Below, piece by piece: positions 18,195 through 27,814 of a stretch of 64,000 nt of DNA. Source of the stretch: Candidatus Poseidoniales archaeon. GTDB taxonomy: Archaea > Thermoplasmatota > Poseidoniia > Poseidoniales > Poseidoniaceae. The stretch lies in the NCBI GenBank assembly GCA_019651595.1, contig BOYQ01000004.1:40534-104533 (forward strand). The letters are read 5' to 3'. A model generated the notes under the pieces. That model did not search any database. It was not told where the DNA came from and saw only the letters and a program-made list of their open reading frames with translations. A program made the position numbers and the translations under genes. Position 1 is the stretch's first letter. Each line of letters starts with the position of its first letter.

Positions 18195-18270
18195 TGGCGG
18201 ACGTACCAGGATTCGAACCCGGGTTTTCGGCTTAGAAGGCCAAAGTGATATCCAACTACACTATACGTCC
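18195..18270 (-). tRNA. tRNA-Arg (anticodon TCT), CCA encoded
   Basis: GGACGTATAGTGTAGTTGGATATCACTTTGGCCTTCTAAGCCGAAAACCCGGGTTCGAATCCTGGTACGTCCGCCA. Anticodon stem TTGGC/GCCGA, loop CTTCTAA. Confidence 0.9.
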
Positions 18271-18312
18271 AGTCTTTGGGCTGGGCCGACCGTACTTGAA
18301 GGGTGTGCCAAC

Positions 18313-18975
18313 TCACCAAGGCCGTGCACACTTCAGGCAGCGGGTGGGGCGACGCACGGTGGTGCGCTTCCATGAAAAACCGCACAGCTTGCAGGTCCAC
18401 TCCTGCACCTTCAGGGTGTCCAACACGGCCGACCTCATCCTCTGCAGAAGCGGTGAATCTTTCATGGCGGGGGACGGTGCCACCTGATTGGTCAGCCGGT
18501 CGTGAAGTTCGGTGTGAAGCATCAGTCCTGCGGCATGGAAGAGTTCGTGGGCAAAGGTGTGCCGATACAGCGCTTCATCCTCGAGCAAGGCAGGATGCAA
18601 GCCGATGGTTACTTCGCCCGGATCGAGGCGCAGTCGTCGTCGTCGAATCAGCTCGTTGCTGCCCTCCTCAAACCGGGTCATGCCGAGACGGTCGTCGTTC
18701 ACATCAAGCCATTCCACCGTGAACCGGTCGGCGATCCACGGAAGGAAGACCGCCTCAACGTGGCCCGAGAGCGCCGCCAACACGTCGTCAACCACGTCTT
18801 CGGGAACGCTGGGCGGGTCCTCGGGCAGAGGGGTGTCGGCCAGTGGCCCGCGCTTTGCTTCGCCCATGAACCTCGCAATCGCCACCCCTTCAAGAGGCTT
18901 CATTTGGTAGAAAGTGGGATGGGAGTTCGTCAGAGGCTGCATCAGCGGAGAGGAGAAGTCGGGAATCCTTATCAT
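18313..18975 (-). CDS. SprT-like zinc metallopeptidase with C-terminal zinc ribbon
   Basis: HExxH motif in YRHTFAHELFHAAGLMLH. C-terminal WTCKLCGFSWKRTTVRRPTRCLKCARPW (CxxC...CxxC). Confidence 0.65.
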   Translation of the reverse strand: MIRIPDFSSPLMQPLTNSHPTFYQMKPLEGVAIARFMGEAKRGPLADTPLPEDPPSVPEDVVDDVLAALSGHVEAVFLPWIADRFTVEWLDVNDDRLGMTRFEEGSNELIRRRRLRLDPGEVTIGLHPALLEDEALYRHTFAHELFHAAGLMLHTELHDRLTNQVAPSPAMKDSPLLQRMRSAVLDTLKVQEWTCKLCGFSWKRTTVRRPTRCLKCARPW

Positions 18976-19012
18976 GGCGAGGCCGGTCGGCGAGTTGCGA
19001 AAGCACCCACAT

Positions 19013-19088
19013 GGGCGTGTAGATCAGTTGGAAGATCGCTACCTTGGCATGGTAGAGGCCCCGAGTTCAAATCTCGGCACGTCCACCA
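19013..19088 (+). tRNA. tRNA-Ala (anticodon GGC), CCA encoded
   Basis: GGGCGTGTAGATCAGTTGGAAGATCGCTACCTTGGCATGGTAGAGGCCCCGAGTTCAAATCTCGGCACGTCCACCA. The G3:U70 alanine identity pair is present. Anticodon loop TTGGCAT. Confidence 0.9.
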
Positions 19089-19121
19089 GAAACAATCCAC
19101 GACAAGTCTGGTGGGACATGA

Positions 19122-19147
19122 GCCAACATGTTTTTTCTCATGTTGGC
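19122..19147 (+). terminator. Perfect 9-bp hairpin GCCAACATG-TTTTTTCT-CATGTTGGC downstream of tRNA-Ala
   Basis: Inverted repeat with a T-rich loop, read directly. Lies between tRNA-Ala and the photolyase promoter region. Confidence 0.35.
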
Positions 19148-19244
19148 GTACAGTCCGATTCATGTGTTTTACTCTATAGAAAATTAATTTGGACGCCACG
19201 CCTCTCCTTACCTGGTATTCACCCCTGTTCTCCTACAACGATTC

Positions 19245-19673
19245 ATGAAGGCAGAGAGGTCGTTGGAAATCATGCGAGTGGTCTGGCTCAAGCACGACCT
19301 TCGCCTGGCCGACCACGCCCCGTTGATGGAAGCCGTTGCTCACGGGGACGACCTCCTGCTCCTCTACGTCGTCGAACCCGAACGCCTTGACCAGCCGGAC
19401 GAATCCATGCTCCATGTGGCATGGGACTTGGCCAACGCTCGCACGCTGCTCGCACGTGTGGAGGCGCTGGGCGGCACCATGCACATCCGAACGGGGCGCC
19501 CTGAACAGGTGCTTCAAGACCTGCAGGACACGTCGGCGATCGTCAGCCTCCACAGTCATGAGGAAACGGGCCTCCAGTGGTCATGGGAACGCACAAACGG
19601 GTCATGGCGTGGTGTGAGGCCAACGATACGGTCTGGCACGAACACCCCTGGAACGGCGTCGTGCGACGCCTGA
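19245..19673 (+). CDS. Cryptochrome/photolyase family protein, N-terminal fragment (frameshifted gene 19245-20819)
   Basis: MRVVWLKHDLRLADHAPLMEAV...LLLLYVVEP is a typical photolyase alpha/beta-domain start. The frame is lost near 19590; the sequence continues as KRVMAWCEANDTVWHEHPWNGVVR in ORF 19577..19813. Confidence 0.75.
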   Translation: MKAERSLEIMRVVWLKHDLRLADHAPLMEAVAHGDDLLLLYVVEPERLDQPDESMLHVAWDLANARTLLARVEALGGTMHIRTGRPEQVLQDLQDTSAIVSLHSHEETGLQWSWERTNGSWRGVRPTIRSGTNTPGTASCDA

Positions 19674-19769
19674 CCGACCGGGACCGTTGGAACAGCATCC
19701 GAAACGGCGAATGGTCGACCGGTTCTCGAGGCCCCTGCCCGGCTACCGAGCCATTCCAATCTCACCTGC

Positions 19770-20819
19770 GTGGACGAAACCAAGGCGTGTTCCCGTGCTA
19801 CAACGACCTGTGAAGACACCGCTGGAAGCGGAGAACCTTGGGCTCACGCTTGGCTTGATTCCTTCCTCTCGACTCGATTTGGCGACTACCTGCCCACCAT
19901 CTCCAACCCCGCCACCTCGCCCGAGGGTTCCTCTAGGTTGTCCGCTTACCTTTCCAGCGGCGTACTGAGCGTCAGGCAAGTCAAGCACGCCATCACGACA
20001 GCACGGCAATCACCGCCCGAGGGGGTTGATGTGGCGGTGTTCCGCAAGAACGTTGACGCGTTTGCATCCCGCGTGTCTTGGCGATGCCACTTCGTTCAGC
20101 GCCTCGAGATGGAAACGAGCATGAACGAACGGTCCATCAATCCGGAACTGGACGAGGCCCTGGATCGGGTGGACGACGAACACCGCTTCCTTGCTTGGGC
20201 AGAAGGTCGGACGGGTTGGCCGTTCTTTGACGCCTGCATGCGCTCGCTTCGAGCCACCGGATGGATCAATTTTCGCATGCGCGCCATGATGCAGTCCGTT
20301 GCCGCCTACACGCTGTGGTTGCCCTGGCAGCGCTCCGGCCAACACCTTGCCAAACTCTTCATCGATTACGAACCGGGCATTCACTGGTCCCAAATCCACA
20401 TGCAATCGGGCATCACGGGCATCAATTCCGTGCGCGCTTATTCCATTCTCAAGCAGTCGCTCGACCACGACATGAACGGGGACTTCATTCGCAAGTGGGT
20501 GCCCGAACTGGCGATGGTGCCCACGCCGTACATCCACGAACCGTGGACCATGTCCGACGAGATGCAAGCCACCACCGGCGTCGTCATCGGGACAACGTAT
20601 CCCGCACCCATCGTTGACGAGACCGAGGCCCGAAACCAAGGCATCAAGGCCACGCATGCCGCTCGCCGAACCGACGAGGTCAAGGCTCGCTCAGCACAAG
20701 TGTACGCCATGCACGGGAGCCGAGCACGAAGGTTTCAACGGCGAGGAAGAGCCGTGCAGCGACGGGCCGAAAAACCGTCAGTCAACCCTCAAACAACACT
20801 GCTGGATTTTGGCAACTAA
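19770..20819 (+). CDS. Cryptochrome/photolyase family protein, FAD-binding C-terminal fragment
   Basis: SRLSAYLSSGVLSVRQV, GWINFRMRAMMQSVAAYTLWLPW, DYEPGIHWSQIHMQSGITGINSVRAYSILKQSLDHDMNGDFIRKWVPEL (FAD_binding_7-type motifs). Confidence 0.8.
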   Translation: MDETKACSRATTTCEDTAGSGEPWAHAWLDSFLSTRFGDYLPTISNPATSPEGSSRLSAYLSSGVLSVRQVKHAITTARQSPPEGVDVAVFRKNVDAFASRVSWRCHFVQRLEMETSMNERSINPELDEALDRVDDEHRFLAWAEGRTGWPFFDACMRSLRATGWINFRMRAMMQSVAAYTLWLPWQRSGQHLAKLFIDYEPGIHWSQIHMQSGITGINSVRAYSILKQSLDHDMNGDFIRKWVPELAMVPTPYIHEPWTMSDEMQATTGVVIGTTYPAPIVDETEARNQGIKATHAARRTDEVKARSAQVYAMHGSRARRFQRRGRAVQRRAEKPSVNPQTTLLDFGN

Positions 20820-22612
20820 TCCCTTCGTTGGCGTAAAAACAGCAAGGCAAACGCCAGCATCCAAAGCATGACCGCGGGAGATGCGACCGCTGAGGGAATC
20901 GCTGAGACCTCGGAAAGTTGTCCGCCTTGGCCGCCGCCCGGGCCGCCTTCACAACCGGGAGGAGGAGGCCCGATGCCAGGGCCCCATGTTTCTCCGAATC
21001 CCGAACAATCTGCGCCGCCATTGCCCTCGTCAAGGAAGGTTTCACCGTGGTAGCACAGCAAAAAGTACGGGAAGCCCATGTCGCCTTCACCGTTCGTCAT
21101 GGTGGAATGGTAGTGATAGATGCCATCGGGGAATTCGGGCGTGGGTCCGAAATGGCCGTTGCACACATCGAGGTGGCCGAGCCCCTGGAGGTAGATGTAG
21201 TCGTCAATGCCATTGTAGCCCGTCTCACCGTCCTTGAGTTTGTACGAACTCTTCATTTCGACGATGTTCATCTGGTCGTCGTAGCCCCACAGACCGTAGA
21301 TGGGGTAGCCGTCCATGGCCACGCCGATCACGGCAGAATGTGAACCGTTGGCCGTGTTTTCAGCCACTGCGGCAGGCGTGCTGATGTTGTAGTCCAACAT
21401 GTCCTCGCCCGCATCCGGGTGCCAGTGAAGGCAGTTTGCATCGGCGTGGTAGTGGAAGGTCCCGCCCTGACCGTTGTGGGCATGGCACACACCGAGTTCA
21501 ATCGGCTGTCGGTCTTCCTCGTAGACACCGTGGTGACTGGCGACCGCATCCCCTCCCGGCCCGTCTTCAGGACCGTAGAACGGGACGCCATTGATGGCGA
21601 TCGCCACTTCGCCGAGGGCCGCAGCACACTCGTAATCCCCGTTGGCCTCAGGACAGTTGGTGGCGTCGTGCCCGCCGGTTGTGTCGTTGACGGGTGAGCG
21701 TGGGACGGTCCACTCGTAATTCTGAGCGCGTGTGCAATCGTTCGCTTGCGTGCAGGCGAGCGTGGATTCAAAATCGTGGTCGGGCAGGCCGTTGGTCGTG
21801 ATGGTGATGTGCGTCTCGTTCATGGTGATGCTGACCGAACACTCGTGCGTTTCAACCGCCGCCGTGGACAGGTCGTCCACCTGAGTGATGTTTTGTCCGG
21901 CCTGACAGCGGAACACGTCAAGCCAGAACTGACCCATGTCCGATGGGTCGTAGGTCGGTTGGGTGGGCTCCGTTGGACCGTCCGTGCCGTTGTCCGTTTC
22001 GTTTCCAGCGCTGTCATCCGTGCCGTTTTCGGGGTTGTTGCCGGTTTCGTTTCCAGTACCATCGCCCGTTTCGTTGTCCGTACCGTCGTCGGTTTGATGG
22101 CTTTCATTTTCAGAAGTTGTTCGGTTGATTTCAATGAACGTGGTGTCGGAGGTGGTCCCCTCCACGTCGTGAGCGGCCGTGATGTTCATGTAAACCTGTT
22201 CAGCACTGCTTTGCACGGTGAGCGACCAGGCACCGTCCGTGTTGGGCTGCGTGGAGATGACGACGTCCTCGTCAAGACTCAACCTGACCGTGATCTCATC
22301 GGGGTGTAGGTGATTGACATCGCCAAGGATGGCGATGGCGGAACCGTCGTCGATCACGTTTGAGACCGACAACACGGGAGCGGGATGCGTGTGGAACATG
22401 GCATGCGGGTCGAGCGGCACACAATCGTACCCGTCCGGAGCCGAGGCATTGAGCACCTTTTGCGTACCGACAAGGCAGGTGCTTTCCTCAACGACCTCCT
22501 CCTCCGTGTCCTCCTCGTTCACCGAAACGGCCTCGTCCTCTGGGAGGAGCAACACCAGCAAACTGGCACCGAGAAGCATCACCAAAACCAGCCAAAGTGC
22601 GTCACGACCCAT
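20816..22612 (-). CDS. Secreted YHYH-domain protein with sequon-rich acidic linker and C-terminal hydrophobic anchor
   Basis: Signal-like MGRDALWLVLVMLLGASLLVLLL. FHYHADANCLHWHP and GIYHYHSTMTNGEGDMGFPYFLLCYHG (YHYH motifs). Linker DGTDNETGDGTGNETGNNPENGTDDSAGNETDNGT. Tail PAVMLWMLAFALLFLRQRRD. ATG at 22612; the track start is TTG. Confidence 0.7.
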   Translation of the reverse strand: MGRDALWLVLVMLLGASLLVLLLPEDEAVSVNEEDTEEEVVEESTCLVGTQKVLNASAPDGYDCVPLDPHAMFHTHPAPVLSVSNVIDDGSAIAILGDVNHLHPDEITVRLSLDEDVVISTQPNTDGAWSLTVQSSAEQVYMNITAAHDVEGTTSDTTFIEINRTTSENESHQTDDGTDNETGDGTGNETGNNPENGTDDSAGNETDNGTDGPTEPTQPTYDPSDMGQFWLDVFRCQAGQNITQVDDLSTAAVETHECSVSITMNETHITITTNGLPDHDFESTLACTQANDCTRAQNYEWTVPRSPVNDTTGGHDATNCPEANGDYECAAALGEVAIAINGVPFYGPEDGPGGDAVASHHGVYEEDRQPIELGVCHAHNGQGGTFHYHADANCLHWHPDAGEDMLDYNISTPAAVAENTANGSHSAVIGVAMDGYPIYGLWGYDDQMNIVEMKSSYKLKDGETGYNGIDDYIYLQGLGHLDVCNGHFGPTPEFPDGIYHYHSTMTNGEGDMGFPYFLLCYHGETFLDEGNGGADCSGFGETWGPGIGPPPPGCEGGPGGGQGGQLSEVSAIPSAVASPAVMLWMLAFALLFLRQRRD

Positions 22613-22718
22613 GGTGCTCAAGGACGCACAGACGCTTATGGTGGTTTGGCATGGATGGCTTCGCTTTGTTTGAAGCGGAAATCAAACCTTCAAATGCAAC
22701 AGCCTCGGATGGTGTGTT

Positions 22719-23240
22719 ATGGAACGAATGATCGTTGGCGGCGGATGCTTCTGGTGCGTCGAAGGCGCCTACAAACAGATCCACGGCGTTGAGTCTGCGC
22801 TTCCCGCTTACGCCGGCGGCCACGACCCGCACCCAACCTACCAGGCGGTGTGCAGCGGCACCACGGGCCACGCCGAGGTGGTTGAAGTCCAATTTGACCC
22901 AACCGTCATCTCCTTCGAAACGCTGCTCGAGGTGTTCTTCACGGTTCACGACCCAACCCAACTCAATCGCCAGGGCAACGACATCGGTACGCAGTACCGC
23001 TCCTGCATCATGCCCCTTTCCGAGGAACAGCGGGCCACGGCCGAAGCCATGATCGCCGACATGGGCAACGTCTACGACGATCCAATCGTCACCACGCTCG
23101 AAGAGCCAGTCCACTTCCTCATCGCCGAGAAAAAGCATCACGATTACTACGCACGAAACCCCTACCAGGGCTACTGTGCAGCCGTGGTCGGGCCGAAAAT
23201 TGCGAAAGTGCGAGCCAAACACGCCCACCTCTACCGCTAA
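22719..23240 (+). CDS. msrA: Peptide-methionine (S)-S-oxide reductase
   Basis: GGGCFWCVEGAY...AGG...PTYQAVCSGTTGHAEVVEVQFDP...TQLNRQGNDIGTQYRS are the canonical MsrA motifs. Confidence 0.93.
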   Translation: MERMIVGGGCFWCVEGAYKQIHGVESALPAYAGGHDPHPTYQAVCSGTTGHAEVVEVQFDPTVISFETLLEVFFTVHDPTQLNRQGNDIGTQYRSCIMPLSEEQRATAEAMIADMGNVYDDPIVTTLEEPVHFLIAEKKHHDYYARNPYQGYCAAVVGPKIAKVRAKHAHLYR

Positions 23241-23351
23241 GATTCAATCTCCACCGCCCGAATGGGCGTTCGACCGGTCCCGGGAGTGCCACTCCGAGCC
23301 CCATTGAGGCGATGGGTGAGGTTCATGAATCGCCAATGAAGCCGTTCCTCC

Positions 23352-24982
23352 ATGCCCAACAGCATCCCCAAGCCGCCCACCCCCGTCAACGAACCCGTCC
23401 TCGGCTACTTGCCGGGCAGCAAGGAGCGAGCCGAGCTTGAGGCGGAACTCAAGCGGCAGTCAAGCGAGGTCCTCGAAATTCCCTGCATCATCAACGGCGA
23501 GGAAGTGTTCACCGGCGATGTGGTCGAGCAGGTCATGCCGCACAACCACGGCCACGTCATCGCCCGAGTGCACATGGCAGGGGAAAAGGAAGTCAACGCC
23601 GCCATCGACGCCGCCCTCGGCGCCCACGAGATGTGGTCCACGATGGAATGGCAGGCGCGTGCCGCTATTTTCCTCAAGGCCAGCGAGTTGCTGAAAGGAC
23701 CTCGCCGAGCCGAAATCAACGCCTCCACCATGCTCAACCAGTCAAAGACCTGCCACCAGGCCGAGATTGACTCGGCCTGCGAACTGATCGATTTCTGGCG
23801 ATTCAATTCCGACTATGCTCGTCAAATCTACGAAGACCTGCAGCCACCCATCTCTCCCTCGTCCATGTGGAACTCCAGCGAAGTGCGACCTCTGAGGGCT
23901 TCATCTTCTCGGTCACACCCTTCAACTTCTCAAGCATCGCCGCCAACCTTCCGTCGTGCGCCGCCATCATGGGCAACGTCGGCGTGTGGAAACCGTCCCG
24001 AAATTCCTACGTTTCGAACTACCGATTGATGCGTCTGATGATGGACGCAGGTCTGCCCGGTGGCGTCATCAACTTCGTGCCCGGACGGGCCGCTGTTGTG
24101 GGCGACATTTGCTTGGCGCACCGTGAGTTAGCAGGTATTCACTTTACCGGTTCAACCCGAGTTTTCCGTCAGATGTGGCGAGACGTGGCCAACAACCTCG
24201 AGAACCTGAAATCCTACCCTCGCATCGTCGGTGAAACGGGCGGCAAGGACTTCATCGTGGCCCACCCCGACTGCGACCGCCAAGCCCTGCTCGTGGCCAT
24301 GCTCCGCGGTGGATTTGAGTTCCAAGGCCAGAAGTGCAGCGCTGCAAGCCGCGTCTACGTGCCACGCTCGGTGTGGGACGCCATCAAGGACGACTACGTC
24401 GCCGAGGTCAACAAGATCACCGTGGGCGACGTGGCGGACTTCAGCAACTTCCTCGGCGCCGTCATCGACAAGAAGGCCTTTGACAGCATCACGGGCTACA
24501 TCGACCGCGCTGCTGCCAACCCTGATTGTGAGATCATCACCGGCGGCACCTACGACGACAGCACGGGCTACTTCATTCAACCCACGACCATCGTGTGCAA
24601 TGACCCGCGCAGCGAGACCATGGCCGAGGAAATCTTCGGTCCGGTACTCTCGGTTCACGTCTACGCCGACGAGGACTTTGAAGCCACGTTGGAACTGTGC
24701 GACACGACTTCGGAGTACGCCCTCACGGGGTCCATCTTTGCCACCGACCGACGCCACATCGAGACCGCGGTCAAAGCGCTCCGCTACAGCGCTGGGAACT
24801 TCTACATCAACGACAAGCCCACGGGCGCCGTGGTCGGTCAGCAACCCTTCGGCGGGGCTCGAGGAAGCGGAACGAACGACAAAGCCGGCAGCCCGCTCAA
24901 CTTGCTTCGGTGGGTCAGCCCCCGTTCCATCAAGGAAACCTTTGCACCGCCCCACGACTGGACGTACGGGTTCCTCGACTGA
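23352..24982 (+). CDS. 1-pyrroline-5-carboxylate dehydrogenase (aldehyde dehydrogenase family), one frameshift near 23894
   Basis: ORFs 23352..24029 and 23867..24982 are the two halves. They join as ..SSMWNSSEVRPL|EGFIFSVTPFNFSSIAANL.. if one G is restored in CTG(G)AGGGC. Downstream: FTGSTRVFRQMW, VGETGGKDF, FEFQGQKCSAASR. Confidence 0.85.
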
Positions 24983-25043
24983 TCAGGCTGAATCTTGCTG
25001 CGCAGCCTGGGCTTTTCGCTCGAGGCGTGCCTTGTGGGCGCGC

Positions 25044-25250
25044 TCAGCCTGCGGGATGATGTAGCGCAGGGACACGGGCGGACACCAGCCCGATGAGGTA
25101 CCAGCCGACGGTCAGCAACGGCGTGGCCAACATGACGGTCAATGCAGCCGCCATCACCCAGAAGCCATCGGTTGCCTGCCACGACCAAACTGCGCACAGA
25201 CCCGTGCACACCGGTAGCCACCACCGTGCGGCATAACTCGGTGTTGACAT
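25044..25250 (-). CDS. Possible small two-helix membrane protein
   Basis: MSTPSYAARWWLPVCTGLCAVWSWQATDGFWVMAAALTVMLATPLLTVGWYLIGLV. Weak: no family recognised, and the C-terminus may be frameshifted. Confidence 0.3.
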   Translation of the reverse strand: MSTPSYAARWWLPVCTGLCAVWSWQATDGFWVMAAALTVMLATPLLTVGWYLIGLVSARVPALHHPAG

Positions 25251-25431
25251 GCCTTTGTGGTCTCGGCGTGGAGCAAAGGCAGCGTGAAGCCAGGACATGA
25301 TAGGGAATCCAGTGCGTGTGTATTTGAACGGCCGTTTATCCCTTCAAACCGTTGATGAAGGAGAACCTCGTCGTCGTAGGCACCTGCAATGATGATGGCC
25401 TCTGCCGAATGCTGTTTTTCAGTGACGATTG

Positions 25432-26910
25432 ATGGGCGAACTGAGCAGGTACCCTTTCGGTGAACGCATGCAAGCGATGACCCCCGTCCCGTTTCAGCAG
25501 GTGCCGTTGACCCCGGTTCCCGACCGCCTCACGGTGTGGCGAGCCTCCACGCCCTGGCAGACCGTTCGGTCCATGCTCGGCCTGGTCATCGTCTGCTTCT
25601 TCATTTCCCAAATCGCCGTGCTCATCGTCGCGGGTTACATCGACGGGGACATGAACGGAACCGTGGGGCCGCTCGACCCGTTCTTCACGTTCCTCGGAGG
25701 AATTTGCCTCTCGCCTTTCCTCTTGTTGTTCTTCTACCTCCGACGGCCAAAACTCACCCACACCGTGCAGGCTTACCCGGCCGACCAAGGAGCCCACATG
25801 CATGCGCTCTCCGGCGGCATGGTGGTCAAATCCCCTCAGCCAACCAGGGTCCAGCACCACCTTTTCCGGTCGACCGCTCCCCTGGAGATGCCACGACCGT
25901 TTCACCTCTGGATGCTCTTCGTCTTCGGCGTTGGCGTCTCAACGGTGTGCTTGTTGCCGCTCACGGTCTACGGGGCCAATGCACTGACGTTGATGTTGGC
26001 GCTGGCCGTGGTGCTTCCAGCGTGGCTCATCGGGTTTGCCACCCCCGTCTTTGCATGGTGGTCCATCACCAGTCGGCACCTCGGGATTCACGCTTCTCGC
26101 CGGGATGCTGAATGGATGTTGGCAGCGGGGATGCTCTCCACCGTGCCGGCGATCGTCATCAATTCGGTCATCTCCCCCATTCTGGTGGCGCTGGTCGGCC
26201 TCGATGCGTTCACGGCGGGGACCCTTGGCGAGGGGCTGATCTTGTTCGTGTCGGCACCCGTGGGCGAGGAGTTGTCCAAAGCCCTCGCCGTGATGGCGCT
26301 GAGTCACCTCATCGTCTCCCCCAAACACGGGTTTTACGTGGGTTCAACGGTGGGTTTGGGCTTTGCCTTGCTTGAAAACGCGAGCTACATCTCCATGGCC
26401 CTGGCCAGCGATTACAGCAGCATCACGTACTTCTTCACCGCCTCGCTGCGAGGATTGAGTTCCATCCCCGGCCATGCCATGTGGACCGGTCTCAGCGGCT
26501 ACGCCATCGGGTGTTGGCTCGGTCGCGGGAACGCTCTCCCGACCCTCTCCGGAACCTCGTACCTCTCTGAGGACGCCGACGCACGCTGGGTTCTCTACGA
26601 CAAGCAGGGCAGGGCCGTGCCTCAGGACAGTTGGAGCAACATGCCATCCCAAGCCGTGGTGAAGTTGTTGGGCCGACATCGTCAGCACGCTTGGCCCATG
26701 CCGACCACGTTGGGGGCCGGCTTGGGCCTGGCCATCGCGGGTCACGCCCTGTGGAACGGCTCCTCGTGGGGCGTGGGGATGCTTCTTTCGGGCAGCGACA
26801 CGGTGCTCGCCGTTCTGCTTCAGTTGGGGTGGCTGGCGGTGATGGTCTTCGCCCTCTGGGTCTGCATCCTACGTTGGTTGCCTACCATCGTGCTCAGCGT
26901 GCAAGAATGA
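25432..26910 (+). CDS. PrsW-family intramembrane metalloprotease
   Basis: FVSAPVGEELSKALAV (EExxK), LENASY, LRGLSSIPGHAMWTGLSGYAIG and LAIAGHALWNG are PrsW signatures. Many TM helices. ATG at 25432. Confidence 0.75.
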   Translation: MGELSRYPFGERMQAMTPVPFQQVPLTPVPDRLTVWRASTPWQTVRSMLGLVIVCFFISQIAVLIVAGYIDGDMNGTVGPLDPFFTFLGGICLSPFLLLFFYLRRPKLTHTVQAYPADQGAHMHALSGGMVVKSPQPTRVQHHLFRSTAPLEMPRPFHLWMLFVFGVGVSTVCLLPLTVYGANALTLMLALAVVLPAWLIGFATPVFAWWSITSRHLGIHASRRDAEWMLAAGMLSTVPAIVINSVISPILVALVGLDAFTAGTLGEGLILFVSAPVGEELSKALAVMALSHLIVSPKHGFYVGSTVGLGFALLENASYISMALASDYSSITYFFTASLRGLSSIPGHAMWTGLSGYAIGCWLGRGNALPTLSGTSYLSEDADARWVLYDKQGRAVPQDSWSNMPSQAVVKLLGRHRQHAWPMPTTLGAGLGLAIAGHALWNGSSWGVGMLLSGSDTVLAVLLQLGWLAVMVFALWVCILRWLPTIVLSVQE

Positions 26911-27003
26911 CGAAAAACAGGCATAATCGGGTGCGGTCTTCAAAAGCCCGGCCTCGGTGGACAAGGGTGGACCTTTGCGTCCATTGCCCTGCAGGTGCTG
27001 ACC

Positions 27004-27765
27004 ATGGACGTCTTTTCCAGCGGCCCGAACACCGGTAATCTCCTCGTCACCGTGGGCCTTGTCGGGCTCCTGTTGGTGCTCTCTTCGAGAGCGAAGATGC
27101 TCGACACCAAAGGCGCCAACGCTGCGGCGGTTCTCGGCCTCATCGTCGGTGGCCTCGGGCATTGGACGTGGTTGCTCATCCTGCTCGGATTTTTGTTGAG
27201 TTCACACAAGGCCACCAAGTGGCGGTTTGACGAAAAGAAAGCCCTTGGTTTGAGCGAATCAAGCGACGGCCACCGCGGGTGGACCAACGTCGTTGCCAAC
27301 GGGGCCATCCCCGGACTCATCTGCATCTACGCCTACATGTCCGACGATTGGGACACCGTGGTGTGGATGTTCGGTGCCGCCGTGGCCGTGGCTGCCTCGG
27401 ATACCTTTGCGAGTGAAATCGGCTGCTTGGACCCTCGCGTTCGCATGATCACGACCTTCAAACCCTGTGAACAAGGTGAAAACGGCGGCTTCTCGCCCAA
27501 CGGTCAACTGGCCGCCGTGGTCGGTTCTGCGGTGGTGGCGGTGTTGACCTTGCTGGCTTGGTCCTTCACCAGCACCGACACGACCACGGTGAACGGTCTG
27601 CAGTATTGTGGGGTGCTGGCCGTCATCGGGTGGCTCGGATGCCAAATCGACAGCTACCTCGGTGCTCTTCTCGAAAACCGTGGCTACATGAGCAAGGGAG
27701 CCGTCAACGCTTCCGCCATCACCGGTGGCGTCCTGCTGATGGCCGCCTACCTCAACGGCCTCTGA
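27004..27765 (+). CDS. DUF92/TMEM19-family integral membrane protein
   Basis: LSSHKATKWRFDEKKALGLSES.DGHRGWTNVVANG...ASDTFASEIG...GENGGFSPNGQLAAVVGS match the TIGR00297/DUF92 pattern. ATG at 27004. Confidence 0.75.
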   Translation: MDVFSSGPNTGNLLVTVGLVGLLLVLSSRAKMLDTKGANAAAVLGLIVGGLGHWTWLLILLGFLLSSHKATKWRFDEKKALGLSESSDGHRGWTNVVANGAIPGLICIYAYMSDDWDTVVWMFGAAVAVAASDTFASEIGCLDPRVRMITTFKPCEQGENGGFSPNGQLAAVVGSAVVAVLTLLAWSFTSTDTTTVNGLQYCGVLAVIGWLGCQIDSYLGALLENRGYMSKGAVNASAITGGVLLMAAYLNGL

Positions 27766-27814
27766 GACCGCACGAGGGCATTGGCTTCTTGAACCGAAAC
27801 GGCTTGGTCGTGGC

